DNA of 64,000 nucleotides from an uncultured virus (IMG/VR IMGVR_UViG_3300036865_000084) (lineage: Duplodnaviria; Heunggongvirae; Uroviricota; Caudoviricetes). Shown in pieces: positions 1 to 10,099 of the stretch (position 1 is the stretch's first letter; every line of letters starts with the position of its first letter). Where the stretch lies: IMG/VR virus record IMGVR_UViG_3300036865_000084, one strand, 5' to 3'. A program made the position numbers and the translations under genes. Below the pieces are notes generated by a model, which worked only from the letters and a program-made list of their open reading frames with translations, did not search any database and was not told the DNA's origin.

Positions 1-2187
1 TTTGTTCATGTACCGCTCGAAGGCGGCGGGTGCTCTTGCAATCGAAAGAGCTGCGGCAGCCCCGGCAAGCACCCGATCCTGAATCGTTGGCAAGCCATCG
101 CCACGAGCGACCCGATCGCGCTTCGGGAGCAGCGATCACAGATCGCCATCGACGAGCCGAACTTGGGCGTCGTACTCGGACAGCAAACCGGCGGCGAGTA
201 CGTCGTAGCGATCGATGTCGACGACCGAGAGAGATTCGTAGCGCTCCTCGCGGAGCACGGCGAGCTGCCCGAGACGGTCTCCGGCGAGTCAGGGCGAGGC
301 TCACGCCTCTTCTTCGCGCTCTCGCCGGACGTTCCGCTCGATCGTCTGAAGAACATCACCGGTCTCGGCGGCGTGAAAGGCGTCGACGTCAAGGCCGCCG
401 CCGGTCAGGTCGTTGTGGCTCCGTCGCTGCACGAGTCAGGCAAACGCTACACATGGACTCGCGGCGGCGACGTGGCGCTTCTTCCGCCGGCGTGGGCAAC
501 TGCGATTCTGCCCGTCAAGATCGATCCGCCGAAGTGGATCGCTGAATACACACCGCAGACGATGCGCAACGATGCCCGCGCGCAGAAGCGAGCCGAGAAG
601 TACCTCGAGAGCGCTGTCATGGACGACGCGCGCCTCATCGCGTCGTGCCAGAAGGGCCTACGCAACTCGACGCTTGCGAGCCGCGCGTACGCGCTCTTTT
701 CTCTCTGCGCGGGCCTCTACCTCGGCGGCTCGAGCTGGGACTACGTCCGCCGCGAGCTCGACTCCGCGGGGCTCGCCGCTGGGCTGCCGGCCAAAGAGGT
801 TCGGGACGTCATCGCTCGCGCCGAAAAGAAGATCACCGACGAAGGCGTTGTGCGCGTCCCGGTGGGCCTCTCTTCATCGACCGCGCGACCTATGGCTGGA
901 CCGCTGCCCACCGACGGCAACACCGCAGTAATGCCGACCGTGCAGCCGGTCTCCGATGAAGCTCTGTCACGCATCAAGCTCGAGATGGATCGCGGCTTTC
1001 CGGCCAAGATCTCTGAGAATGTAGCGAGACTTCTTCAACTTCACCCCGCGTGGAGCGGTGGTCCCGCGTTTGACACGTACTCACAGACCGTGCTGTGGCC
1101 GTTGCCGCTACCGGCGCCCATCGAAAGCGTCTATCGGTATCACCGAGAAATCGTCGACGCCGATCTAGACGCCATCCAGGGCTGGATCATGGCCCTCCCC
1201 GACTCGCATCGCGTGCGCGTTGGGACCGACGTTGTGCATGGGGGTGTCCGGCTATCGGCTGCGAAGAGAAGGGTTGATCTGCTCTCCCAGTTCATGCAGC
1301 TACTTCCGTCGTGGGATCAGAAGCCGCGAATAGACTCATGGACGATCGACTATCTCGGGTGTCCCGACACGAAGTACATCCGATCTACAGGGCGAGCTTG
1401 GATCATTGCCGCGATCGAGAGAGCGCTCGCTCCCGGCGGACAGGTAGACATGATCCCAGTGCTCGAGGGGAAGCAGGGGATCGGAAAAAATAGATCGCTG
1501 GAAGTTCTCTTCGACGGCGGCCCACGTCACGCTCCGTGGCTGCTCATCTTCGCCGGTCATGAGCTGAACAAAAAGGAGACGAAGCGACTGGCGTGCACGC
1601 GCTGGATCCTGCACGACGACGAGTTTCAGGGACGCGGAGAACGAAATGTTGATCGCCTCAAGAGCTGGGCGAGCGAGAGGTTTGAGACCTACCGCGTCGA
1701 ATGGGACAAGACGATCACCACATCGCCTCGACGGTCACTTCTCATCTGCTCTACGAACGAGCGCGAGTACCTTCACGACAGTACGGGCAACCGGCGATGG
1801 TTTCCGTGGCTCACGGGAAAGATTCGAGTGAATGAGCTCGAGAGAGATCGCTTGCAGCTCTTCGCGGAGGCTAAGAACTCGGTCTTCACCAACGGCGAGA
1901 AGTACCGCGACTCTCTGTCCGACGACGTCAAGAAGCAGTCCGAGGAGGAGACGGAGGCTCGCAGGCGTGAGGATCCGCTCGTGGAGCAGGTCAAGCTACT
2001 CCTGAGCGGTAACCTCGCTGGCCGTGCTCCTCCGACGAAGTTCACGACCCACAGCATAGGCACGAGCCTTGGTTACGGCATCGAGAGTATCGACCGATCG
2101 TTCGAGATGAAACTTGGCGCAGCCATGAGGGAATTGGGATACGAGGCACGCCGATCGAATGGGCTGCGCATCTACGAGAAGGTCTAA
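1..2187 (+). CDS. Prim-Pol domain fused to VapE-like P-loop helicase; 5'-truncated by the window edge
   Basis: Frame is open from base 1 (FVHVPLEGGGCSCNRKSCGSPGKHP, a Prim-Pol N-terminal motif). Also has IDVD, VVAPSLHESGKRY, Walker A GKQGIGKN and the VapE-type motif STNEREYLHDSTGNRRW. Confidence 0.88.
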   Translation, partial: FVHVPLEGGGCSCNRKSCGSPGKHPILNRWQAIATSDPIALREQRSQIAIDEPNLGVVLGQQTGGEYVVAIDVDDRERFVALLAEHGELPETVSGESGRGSRLFFALSPDVPLDRLKNITGLGGVKGVDVKAAAGQVVVAPSLHESGKRYTWTRGGDVALLPPAWATAILPVKIDPPKWIAEYTPQTMRNDARAQKRAEKYLESAVMDDARLIASCQKGLRNSTLASRAYALFSLCAGLYLGGSSWDYVRRELDSAGLAAGLPAKEVRDVIARAEKKITDEGVVRVPVGLSSSTARPMAGPLPTDGNTAVMPTVQPVSDEALSRIKLEMDRGFPAKISENVARLLQLHPAWSGGPAFDTYSQTVLWPLPLPAPIESVYRYHREIVDADLDAIQGWIMALPDSHRVRVGTDVVHGGVRLSAAKRRVDLLSQFMQLLPSWDQKPRIDSWTIDYLGCPDTKYIRSTGRAWIIAAIERALAPGGQVDMIPVLEGKQGIGKNRSLEVLFDGGPRHAPWLLIFAGHELNKKETKRLACTRWILHDDEFQGRGERNVDRLKSWASERFETYRVEWDKTITTSPRRSLLICSTNEREYLHDSTGNRRWFPWLTGKIRVNELERDRLQLFAEAKNSVFTNGEKYRDSLSDDVKKQSEEETEARRREDPLVEQVKLLLSGNLAGRAPPTKFTTHSIGTSLGYGIESIDRSFEMKLGAAMRELGYEARRSNGLRIYEKV

Positions 2188-2430
2188 CAGTGCCACCTCA
2201 AGGTGGCACTTTTTAGCGAGTAGCACTGCCTGGAGGCACTGTCTCATGATCTGGATACTACTTGAAAAAATGCCAGACAGTGTCACCAGTGCTACCTTAT
2301 TTATAAAATAGGGATATAAGGAAAGGTTGGCAGCCGGCGGCAGATGGCACTGGCGGCCGTGGTGGTCGTCGTCGACGTCTCGTCCCGAAAAGACAGACGC
2401 ATCGCAAAAAAGGTGGCACTGGTGACACTG
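2188..2430. promoter_or_regulatory. Putative replication origin: iteron-like CAGTGYYAC repeats around an AT-rich core
   Basis: About 9 copies of CAGTGYYAC / GTRRCACTG-like words in both orientations; CCTTATTTATAAAATAGGG at about 2295-2313; lies directly after the primase-helicase. Confidence 0.6.
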
Positions 2431-2437
2431 AGGCAGC

Positions 2438-3133
2438 ATGTCTAGGGGATATATCTCGAAAAAACGCAGGTTTGCGATCCTGTCGCGGTGGGATCATCGC
2501 TGCGCCTACTGCGGGCGAGGTAGCCCTGAGGTGGCACTGAAGATCGACCACATCATCCCAGTGGCGCAGGGCGGTTCCGATGACGACGGAAATCTCGCCC
2601 CGGCATGCGACGACTGCAACTTTGGCAAGCGCGACCGTGTGTACTCGCACCTTGTGCAACGAGTGGATGTCAGTGTGCGAGAGAATGCGCGCAGGCGTCG
2701 AGTCGAGTTTCTGCCATGGCTTCGCCGACAGCGAGGCCGCAACGACATCGTCGGCGACTTCGCAGACGACGAGGAGAAATGGCCGCTCGTGGAACCGTAC
2801 TCGTTTCCGGATCTCTCCAAGCAGCTCCGCAACAAGCACGCGAGCAGAGAGGCCCGTAACGCTGCCTGGCACGCGTGGCGCGAGTTTCAGCGCAACGGAA
2901 AACCTACGCGCGCGGTAGCGAAGATGCAGGCCGAGTTTCGCGCTGCGCTCGAGAGAGCGATGCAGCCCGGGAGCGGGACCAACTTCTACACGAAGCAGGG
3001 CATCTACAGCGAGGACACGCTCATAACGTACGAGGACAAGTCGAAGCGACGTCTGGACGACAAGAAGAGAGCCGCGAAGACGAAGAAGAAAGTCACAAAG
3101 AAACGAGTGAAGCGATCTCCTCGCACCACCTAG
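2438..3133 (+). CDS. HNH endonuclease with YozE/SAM-like domain
   Basis: CAYCG...IDHIIPVAQGG...NLAPACDDCNFGK, followed by FLPWLRRQRGRNDIVGDFADD. Confidence 0.8.
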   Translation: MSRGYISKKRRFAILSRWDHRCAYCGRGSPEVALKIDHIIPVAQGGSDDDGNLAPACDDCNFGKRDRVYSHLVQRVDVSVRENARRRRVEFLPWLRRQRGRNDIVGDFADDEEKWPLVEPYSFPDLSKQLRNKHASREARNAAWHAWREFQRNGKPTRAVAKMQAEFRAALERAMQPGSGTNFYTKQGIYSEDTLITYEDKSKRRLDDKKRAAKTKKKVTKKRVKRSPRTT

Positions 3134-3443
3134 TAACCGTCTCCTCGACGCTCTCCCCCTTCCTCGCGCGCAAGACGAGGTGAGGGATGCCCCAGCCGCG
3201 GCAGAACGCTTGCCAAGCTTCTTGCTCGGGGGTCATCCGCGTCGTCGGTCCCTTGAGCTCCAGCTCGATGGCGCGGCCGCCGCGGAAGTAGCCGTAGATG
3301 TCAGCTTGCCCGCGGATGCCGGCTTTGATCGTGCGGCCCTGCACTTGGACCGTCGCGACGTTCCGGCGGAACAGCCGGAGCTCTGGGATGCGCGCGGGCG
3401 CGGCGAGCAGGAGCGCGGCTTGAAGCTGGGACTCGAGGCTCAC
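3093..3443 (-). CDS. VRR-NUC / PD-(D/E)XK nuclease
   Basis: ESQLQ...GQADI...IELELKGPTTRMTPEQEAW; GTGA overlap with the upstream gene. Confidence 0.8.
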   Translation of the reverse strand: MSLESQLQAALLLAAPARIPELRLFRRNVATVQVQGRTIKAGIRGQADIYGYFRGGRAIELELKGPTTRMTPEQEAWQAFCRGWGIPHLVLRARKGESVEETVTRWCEEIASLVSL

Positions 3444-3769
3444 ACTTCCCATCTCTCCGCGCGCATTTGAGCATCCCAACGCCCCGCGCTCTCCGTGTAG
3501 TGCCGCGCCGCTTTGGTGCGCCCCTCCGCGAGCGCCACCGCCGCAATCGCGCGGTCCGCTGCCGCATGCCACGAGTACGACGGCGATCTGTCGTCGCACT
3601 GCCCGTCGCGGTATGTCGCCCAGACGCGACGCTGGAGCTCGCGCGGGACCATCCGCCAGTGCGGCTTGCACATGAGCATCTCGGGCGGCACCGGCTCGTC
3701 GCAGTCGACGGCGTGGCAGCGGTGCACGTTGGCGCGTGGTTCGGGCGCGAAGAGGGGGAGCTGCTTCAT
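3440..3769 (-). CDS. Cys/His-rich phage hypothetical protein
   Basis: HRCHAVDC...LMCKPHW; ATGA overlap. Confidence 0.6.
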   Translation of the reverse strand: MKQLPLFAPEPRANVHRCHAVDCDEPVPPEMLMCKPHWRMVPRELQRRVWATYRDGQCDDRSPSYSWHAAADRAIAAVALAEGRTKAARHYTESAGRWDAQMRAERWEV

Positions 3770-4305
3770 CGACCCTCTCGGATTGCGCGCTCGAGAGAGC
3801 GGCCGTGCGTCTCGCACAACGAGATCGTCACGCCGTTGAGGACGTAGGATCGACCGGGCATCGCGCACGCGACGCAGAAGCCTCCTTCACGGACCTCGAT
3901 CGGCGGCGTCTTCTCGGCAATTTGTTGGTGGCGGACGCAGTACGGAGAGTCGCCCTCCGCGGCACGCTTGCAAGGGCGCGGCTCGGGCAGGCGCCCGTAG
4001 GGACCGTACACCACGAGGTGTTGGCACATGGGCGTTCCTGGCGGCGGCGGCTTGAAGCATTTGCTGGGCTGCACCTTCCAGCCGCCCTTTCGGATCGAGG
4101 GAGCGGTGACAGCAGGTCGTAGGGCGGGAGCGGCAAGCGCCGCGTGCACCGAAGCCGCAGCTTCTGCGCTCGGCACGATCAACTCAGCCGCCGCGGTGGG
4201 CGCACGATCGTCGAACACCGTCTCGTCGAGTGCCGAGAGCGTCTGAGCGGCGTCCGCTTTTCCGTAGCGCCACTCGTCGAGGATGTCCTTCACCCGGTCG
4301 GTCAT
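3766..4305 (-). CDS. Hypothetical protein with Cys clusters
   Basis: ATGA-coupled start MTDRVK; CxxH and CxxC pairs. Confidence 0.55.
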   Translation of the reverse strand: MTDRVKDILDEWRYGKADAAQTLSALDETVFDDRAPTAAAELIVPSAEAAASVHAALAAPALRPAVTAPSIRKGGWKVQPSKCFKPPPPGTPMCQHLVVYGPYGRLPEPRPCKRAAEGDSPYCVRHQQIAEKTPPIEVREGGFCVACAMPGRSYVLNGVTISLCETHGRSLERAIREGR

Positions 4306-4632
4306 TCGAATCTGTCTCTCGCGATCCTCTTCGCCAGCTTGAGCGCCTTCTTCTTCGAGAGCCCCGTGATGCTCTCGCCCGTGCTCCTCTTCTCGACCAT
4401 CCACTCGTCGTCCTCGAGCGAGGCGGAGCAGGTGCGGGCGATGACGTCGCCGTAGCGGACTTCGGTGATCATAGGCTGACCAACGGGCCGAACCGCGCGC
4501 AGAGCACGCACCTTCGCTCGGTGCGACGGTTCACGCTTCGGCGAACCCAGTGCCCGCACTCTAGCTTTTGCCGCCCGTCCCTGAGTCTCAGGACGACCTT
4601 GCGCAACGGACCTCGCTCGCGATCCTCTTCCG

Positions 4633-6216
4633 TCATTGGCTCTCCCACCAGTCCGCGAAGTTCTCCTCCGGCATGTCGACCACTTCGCGCTCGATCGGTA
4701 CGGGTTTCGTTTCTTCCTTCTCGCGCAGGCGTCTTTCCAGACTGCGCTGCCAGTACGGGTCGCCCGCGAAGTCAGCCTTGACGGCGTCGCTCCACGCGTA
4801 GGGCGGCCACTCGCCGTAGCGCTCCTTATGCATGGCGGAGGCGTAGCCGGGCTTGAAGCCGCGCTCCTTGGCCTTCTTCACCATCGCGTCGAAATAAGCG
4901 CGCCGGATACCTTCGGGGGTCGTGTCCTTCTGGACCATCTCGCCGGCGACCTCGCGGGGCGGCTTCGGAGCAGATTTGGGGAAGTCGGTCCCGCAGTGCG
5001 GGCACAGCGTCAGCGAAACCGCGACGTACGCGAAGCACGTCTTGCAGATCTTGTGCGCCGACGGCTTCACGCGCACGGGCTCGCGAGTGAGCGACCAAAC
5101 CATGTCGTCGTGGGGCGCGCCATGGCGCTCGAAGTTGCCCGCGTGATCGAGGAGCAACGGCGTGACGTCGTTCCACGGGCGCATGGTGCGGCCCGTCGAC
5201 TGCCTGTAGAGCACAAGGCTCTGCGTCGGCCGGGCGTGCACGACGCACTTGATCGCGGGTACGTCGGTCCCCTCGAGAAGCACGTTGCAGTTGACGACGA
5301 CTTCGAGTTCACCGGACGCGATGCTTTGCAGGATCCGGACGCGGTCGCCGTCAGGAGTCGATCCGTCAAGAAGCGCCGTCTTGGCGACCTTCGAGAACTC
5401 GTCGACGAGCTTCGCCGCGTGCGCGAGGTTCACCGCGAAAACGACCGTCCGCCGGCGCGGACCCGCCTGATACTTCATGACGCCGGGGAGCTTGTACATG
5501 TGCGCGCGTTCGAGCCAGCGCTCGACGATGCCGCCCGTGAGGGGCGCCATGACCTCGGCGAGCGCGCCCTCCTCGTACTCGCCCATGCGCGTTCGCACTT
5601 GCGAGAGATCGGGCGCGACGGCGGCGCCCCAACACTCTGGCTCGTAGATGTGCTTCGCCTTGATGAGCTCCTGGTAGGTCGCGGCGACCTCGAGCGCGTC
5701 GAACGTGTTTCCGAGCGGCTTGCCGTCGAGACGCGTCGGCGTGGCGGTCGCGCCGAGCACGATCGCGCCCGGGTAGAGAGCGAGAAGATCCTGGTACGAG
5801 TCGCTCATCACGCGGTGCGCTTCGTCACAGATGATGATGCCGGCCTCCGGCTTATGGCGACGACGCATGATCGTCTGGATCGACGCGAGCTGCGTCGGCG
5901 CGCCAGGGTCGACGCGCTCATCGTCACCGCGGATGACGCCGATTCTGGAGACACCCAGCCGCGCGAGCTCGTTCGCGCACTGGTTGATGAGCTCCTGCCG
6001 GTGGCAAAGAAAGAGCACCGGCAGAGTCGAAGTGCGGATGATGTTCGCGATGACGTACATCTTGCCGGCGCCGCACGGGGCGACCATCAGAACGCGCTTT
6101 CGTCCCGCGACGACGTGCGCGCGAACGCGCTCGATGAGCCGCGCCTGGTAGGGGCGGAGCTCGGTCGCCTTGACGTCCATCAGGGCGGGGCGGTCGAAGA
6201 GGGGGAGCGTGCTCAT
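4633..6216 (-). CDS. SF2 DExH helicase (YejH/RadD-like) with C-terminal Zn finger
   Basis: LRPYQ, APCGAGK, DEAH, TATP, QSTGRTMR, CKTC...CPHCG. Confidence 0.9.
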   Translation of the reverse strand: MSTLPLFDRPALMDVKATELRPYQARLIERVRAHVVAGRKRVLMVAPCGAGKMYVIANIIRTSTLPVLFLCHRQELINQCANELARLGVSRIGVIRGDDERVDPGAPTQLASIQTIMRRRHKPEAGIIICDEAHRVMSDSYQDLLALYPGAIVLGATATPTRLDGKPLGNTFDALEVAATYQELIKAKHIYEPECWGAAVAPDLSQVRTRMGEYEEGALAEVMAPLTGGIVERWLERAHMYKLPGVMKYQAGPRRRTVVFAVNLAHAAKLVDEFSKVAKTALLDGSTPDGDRVRILQSIASGELEVVVNCNVLLEGTDVPAIKCVVHARPTQSLVLYRQSTGRTMRPWNDVTPLLLDHAGNFERHGAPHDDMVWSLTREPVRVKPSAHKICKTCFAYVAVSLTLCPHCGTDFPKSAPKPPREVAGEMVQKDTTPEGIRRAYFDAMVKKAKERGFKPGYASAMHKERYGEWPPYAWSDAVKADFAGDPYWQRSLERRLREKEETKPVPIEREVVDMPEENFADWWESQ

Positions 6217-6325
6217 GCTCCGCCGTCGTCTTCCCAGCGCGCGATCTCTTGCGCCGGCGGATCGAATCGCAAGCGCAGGATTACATTGCGCCATCGTCGG
6301 ACGAGGATCTCGATCATCACGGCAA

Positions 6326-6541
6326 TCACGGCAACCTCGAGAGCTTCTCGAGCACCCGCTCGCACGTCTTCACGCGCGACCGCCCTCGCTCCATACGCTT
6401 CAAGGTGCCGACGTCGACCCCCAGCGCCTCGGCGACTTTCTTCTTCGTGAGGTGACCCTTGCCGCCGCAGGTCGCGCAGCGCTCGGGCCACTCTCCGACG
6501 CCAGTAACGAAGCCGCGGCCGCGGCAGGCGTCGCAGATCAC
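6326..6541 (-). CDS. Small Zn-finger plus XRE-type HTH regulator
   Basis: CDACRGRG...CATCGGKG, then TKKKVAEALGVDVGTLKRMERG; sits beside the divergent control region. Confidence 0.6.
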   Translation of the reverse strand: MICDACRGRGFVTGVGEWPERCATCGGKGHLTKKKVAEALGVDVGTLKRMERGRSRVKTCERVLEKLSRLP

Positions 6542-6752
6542 GTGAGGGCCTCGGCGAGAATGAGCCGCACCGCCATGCTGAGCGTCACCCGCTGCTTTAG
6601 CTGGCGCGCCATCTCGGATCTTTTTTTCTCGATCTTTTTTCTGAGATCCTCGGGCACTCGGAGCGCGATCGTCGATTCCATGGAAAGAATGTTTGCACGT
6701 TTTGCAAACGCGCGCTAGGGTCGCCTTCGAGAAGAGGGAAGGAGAGAGGGAG

Positions 6753-7416
6753 ATGGGGCAGTTCTTCTGCCGTGACGCTTTCTTGCCCAAAGAGAGCGGA
6801 TGGCAACTCGTTGAGGCCGATGACGAAGAGCAGGCGGTCTCCGAGTTCATGAAGCTACCGTCGGCGCCAAAACCACCGACTCAAGTCGTGGTTCGCCTGG
6901 CCGGATCGGGTGTCATTTTTTCGGTATCGCTCCACGTCATGCGCAACAAGGAGCCGTTCTGATGAACCGCCGCGAACCGCGTCGTATGCTCCAGTGGCTC
7001 CTAGATCGCATCGGTTCGTGGACGAACGCGCGGTGGGATCAACACCTCCGGCACGAGTTCGGCGACGAGGCGACAGACGCGCTCATCGAGTACCTCGGCT
7101 TCGTGAAGACGGCGCATGCCCCCGCTCTAGCTCCGACACGTTCAGCCACGTGCGTCGGGTGCGCCATCGAGACTGAGATCGGAACGGAGGGGAACCCGCA
7201 TCCGGTGCCGGAACCGTTTCACACGTGTCGAGGTCCGATCACATGATCTCGATCCACGTGGACACTCAACGCGTCTGTACCCGCGAACCCGTCTGCCTCT
7301 GCTCCGGCGCCGAGTTCGACTGCCAGTGCGTCACGGGCGACGACACGGCGCTCGTCTGCCTCGAGTGCGACGAGAAGCTCACGACCGATTCGGGCGTGCC
7401 CGTGGAGCTTCGGTGA
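6753..7416 (+). other. Three small coupled hypothetical genes (6753-6962, 6962-7246, 7243-7416)
   Basis: RBS before 6753; TGATG/ATGA overlaps. Confidence 0.55.
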
Positions 7417-8306
7417 TGGCGCTCCACATCCTCGAGAACAAGACCTCCGGCGAGGACATCGGCCCCGGCTCGTCCTATTGGGCCCGACTTTCCTATGACC
7501 CCCAAATAAGCCTCTACATGCAGGGCGCCGAAGCGCTCGGCTACGCGCCGCACGGCGTCCTCTACGACGTCGTCCGTAAGCCGCAGCACAAGCCGTCGGA
7601 AGTAAAGCGCGAGTCCCCAGAGGCCTACGGCGAGCGCGTTCTGCGCGCGATGCTCGAAGAGCCGGACCGCTACTTTCAGCGCGGTGTCGTCGTGCGCCTC
7701 GACAACGAAAAGCTCGATGCGGCGACGGACGTCTGGCAGACGGGCCAGAACATCCTCGATGCGCGCCGGCGAGGGCGCTGGCCTCGCAACGTCGACGCGT
7801 GCATGCAGTGGTCTCGCGAGTGCGAGTACTTGAAGATCTGCTCGGGTCAGGTCGAGCCGTCGGACCGGCTCATCTACGACTTGAAGAAGAAGAAGAACCT
7901 CGAGCTCGAGACCGACGAAGATCTTCTCACGCAGTCGGCGCTCAAGACGTTCCGGGCGTGCGCTCGGCGGTACTACCACCGCTACGAGATGCTCTTGAAG
8001 CTCAAGGTGAACGACCCGGAGCCGCTCCGGCTCGGCAAGTCGGTGCACCGGGCGCTCGAGGTCTGGTGGTCGTCGGGCTACGACGTCGAGAAAGCGTTGC
8101 GGGAGCTCGACGACTCCGACGCGTTCAAGCGCGCCAAGGAGTCCGCGATGGTGCTCTCGCATCACGTGCGCTGGGAGGACAAGAAGATCAAGGTCGTCGC
8201 GGTCGAGCAAGAATGGCAGGCGACTTTGGTGAACCCGGACACGGGGCACCCGTCGCGGAGCTTCATCTTGGGGGGCAAGTTCGATGGCATCGTCGATCTC
8301 GCGTGA
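7416..8306 (+). CDS. PD-(D/E)XK (AddB/Cas4-like) exonuclease, circularly permuted
   Basis: Motif order is ENKT, QISLY, three Cys, then LTQSALKTFRAC, GKSVHRALE, E, GKFDG at the C-terminus. Confidence 0.75.
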   Translation: MALHILENKTSGEDIGPGSSYWARLSYDPQISLYMQGAEALGYAPHGVLYDVVRKPQHKPSEVKRESPEAYGERVLRAMLEEPDRYFQRGVVVRLDNEKLDAATDVWQTGQNILDARRRGRWPRNVDACMQWSRECEYLKICSGQVEPSDRLIYDLKKKKNLELETDEDLLTQSALKTFRACARRYYHRYEMLLKLKVNDPEPLRLGKSVHRALEVWWSSGYDVEKALRELDDSDAFKRAKESAMVLSHHVRWEDKKIKVVAVEQEWQATLVNPDTGHPSRSFILGGKFDGIVDLA

Positions 8307-8730
8307 GCTCTTCCTCGCGCTCATGAAGGGAGAGCCCGGCCCTCTCTTCCATCTGCCGCGCGCCCCGCGCGACGTGCAGCTCACGCTTACGCACGCGGAG
8401 CCCGAGTCGTGGGAAGAGAGCCAGTGCGTCGCGTGCCAGGCGCCGATCCGGTGGGCGCGGCACGACGGAGAGCGGTTGCCGGTGAACTTGGATGGGGTGC
8501 CGCACGCGAAGACGTGCATGGAGGTAGACAAGTGGCTGCCGTAAAGCGCTGCGTGAAGCCCCGCCCCGGCGAGAAGTGGACCCGCAAGCGCGACGGGATG
8601 AACGTCATCGTCGAGAAGACGGAGCGCGACGTCGTGACATTCTTCGAGCCGTTCATGTTGATCCAGCACGAGCGAAAGCTCGACGTCTTCGTGCGGAACT
8701 ACCGAAAAGTTTTCGACTGAGGGAGAAGCG

Positions 8731-9639
8731 ATGGTTGACCTGAAAAAGATCCACCGCGGCCGCCGATCGATGCCGCCCCGGGTGCTCATCTACGGCTTCG
8801 ACGGCACCGGCAAGACGACGTTCGCGATCAAGGCGCCCAAGGCGTTCACGATCGACGCCGACCGAGGGTCGCACAAGTTCGACATCGGCGAGAGCGTCAC
8901 ACCGGACACGTGGACCGAGTTCATCGATTGGCTCACGGCGATCGAGGCGGGGCACGTGAAGTGCGAGAGCGTCGTGCTCGACTCGATCACGCGACTCGAA
9001 ACGATGCTGCACGAGTCGATCTTCTCAGGCACGACGATTGACGAGTTCGGGGGCGGCTACGGCCGCGGAGACACGTACGCCGTCAACAAGTGGCGTGAGG
9101 TGCTCGCGCAGCTCGAGAGGCTCTGGGAGAAGGGCAAGACGATCGTGATGGTCGCGCACGCGCAGGTGAAGGCGTTCTCCGATCCGACCGGTCCCTCGTT
9201 CGACCGGTTCGAGATCGCGTGCCGGCCGAAGCTCGCGGCGGCGCTCCGACAATGGACCGACCACGTCTTGTTTTGTCGTGAGGAAGTGGTCACCGCCGGC
9301 AAGAAGAACGAGAAGCGTGCCGCAACGACAGGAGTGCGCTACGCGTACACGCGCCGCTGTCCGGCGTTCGACGCGAAGGCTCGGGCGTCACTCATGTTCC
9401 CCGAGCGCATTCTTCTCTCGTGGCAGTCGTTCGCCGACGAGCTCAAGAAAGACGAGACGCGAGACGCCGACATGCGCGAAGAGATTCGCGCGATGCTCAG
9501 CGAGATCGCGGACAAGACGCTCGATACGCAAGTCGACGCGTTTCTGAAGGAGCACCCGGAGAGCATCCTCGATGCGCGTAACCGCGTCGCCGAGAAGCTC
9601 GACGAGCATCGCAAGAACGCCGCACCAGCGGCCAGCTAG
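8731..9639 (+). CDS. AAA_24 / Sak4-like recombination ATPase
   Basis: LIYGFDGTGKTTFA, VVLDSIT, GGGYGRG, VAHAQ, DAKAR. Confidence 0.85.
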   Translation: MVDLKKIHRGRRSMPPRVLIYGFDGTGKTTFAIKAPKAFTIDADRGSHKFDIGESVTPDTWTEFIDWLTAIEAGHVKCESVVLDSITRLETMLHESIFSGTTIDEFGGGYGRGDTYAVNKWREVLAQLERLWEKGKTIVMVAHAQVKAFSDPTGPSFDRFEIACRPKLAAALRQWTDHVLFCREEVVTAGKKNEKRAATTGVRYAYTRRCPAFDAKARASLMFPERILLSWQSFADELKKDETRDADMREEIRAMLSEIADKTLDTQVDAFLKEHPESILDARNRVAEKLDEHRKNAAPAAS

Positions 9640-9648
9640 GAGACGAAC

Positions 9649-10095
9649 ATGGCAGACATCGCAGCGGGACGATACAAGGGCAAGGCGGTCAAGGGCTCTG
9701 AGCAGTACAACATGCTCGAGGGCAAGGCGCCGTGTGTGGCGATCGATCTCAAGATCGCGTCGGCGGCGGGCGACGTCTTCATGACGACGTTCCTCTACTT
9801 CTCGGAAGCGGCGGCGCCGTACTCGTACGAGCGGCTTCGCGCGCTCGGGTGGAAGGGGACGGGACCGGCGGACCTCGCGGATCTGTCGACTCTGGATCAG
9901 GAGGTCGACATCGAGGTGACCAAGGAGGTCTACGAGGGCAAGGAGCGGACGAAGGCGAACATCCTGACCGGCGCCTCTCGCGTGACCCTGACCGACAAGG
10001 TCGATCCCAAGATCTTCGCGGCGAAGGTCGCGGCGATGCTGGGCAACTCCGGAGCGGCGGCGCCGGCGCAGAGCGGCGTGAAGCCGCCGTTCTAG
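9649..10095 (+). CDS. Probable ssDNA-binding protein (DUF669-like)
   Basis: Follows the Sak4-like gene; starts IAAGRYK; low-complexity tail ending in PF. Confidence 0.55.
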   Translation: MADIAAGRYKGKAVKGSEQYNMLEGKAPCVAIDLKIASAAGDVFMTTFLYFSEAAAPYSYERLRALGWKGTGPADLADLSTLDQEVDIEVTKEVYEGKERTKANILTGASRVTLTDKVDPKIFAAKVAAMLGNSGAAAPAQSGVKPPF

Positions 10096-10099
10096 ACCC

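Noticed and set aside
6690..6720. Possible self-target of array 2 in the divergent control region (TT.GC.aa.GC.cg.TA)
   Set aside because: Only 4 of 6 dinucleotides match and the flanks fail. No convincing target was found by eye; a computational search is needed.
7416..8306. Cas4 as part of a CRISPR adaptation module
   Set aside because: No cas1/cas2; the context is a phage exonuclease-Sak4-SSB recombination module.
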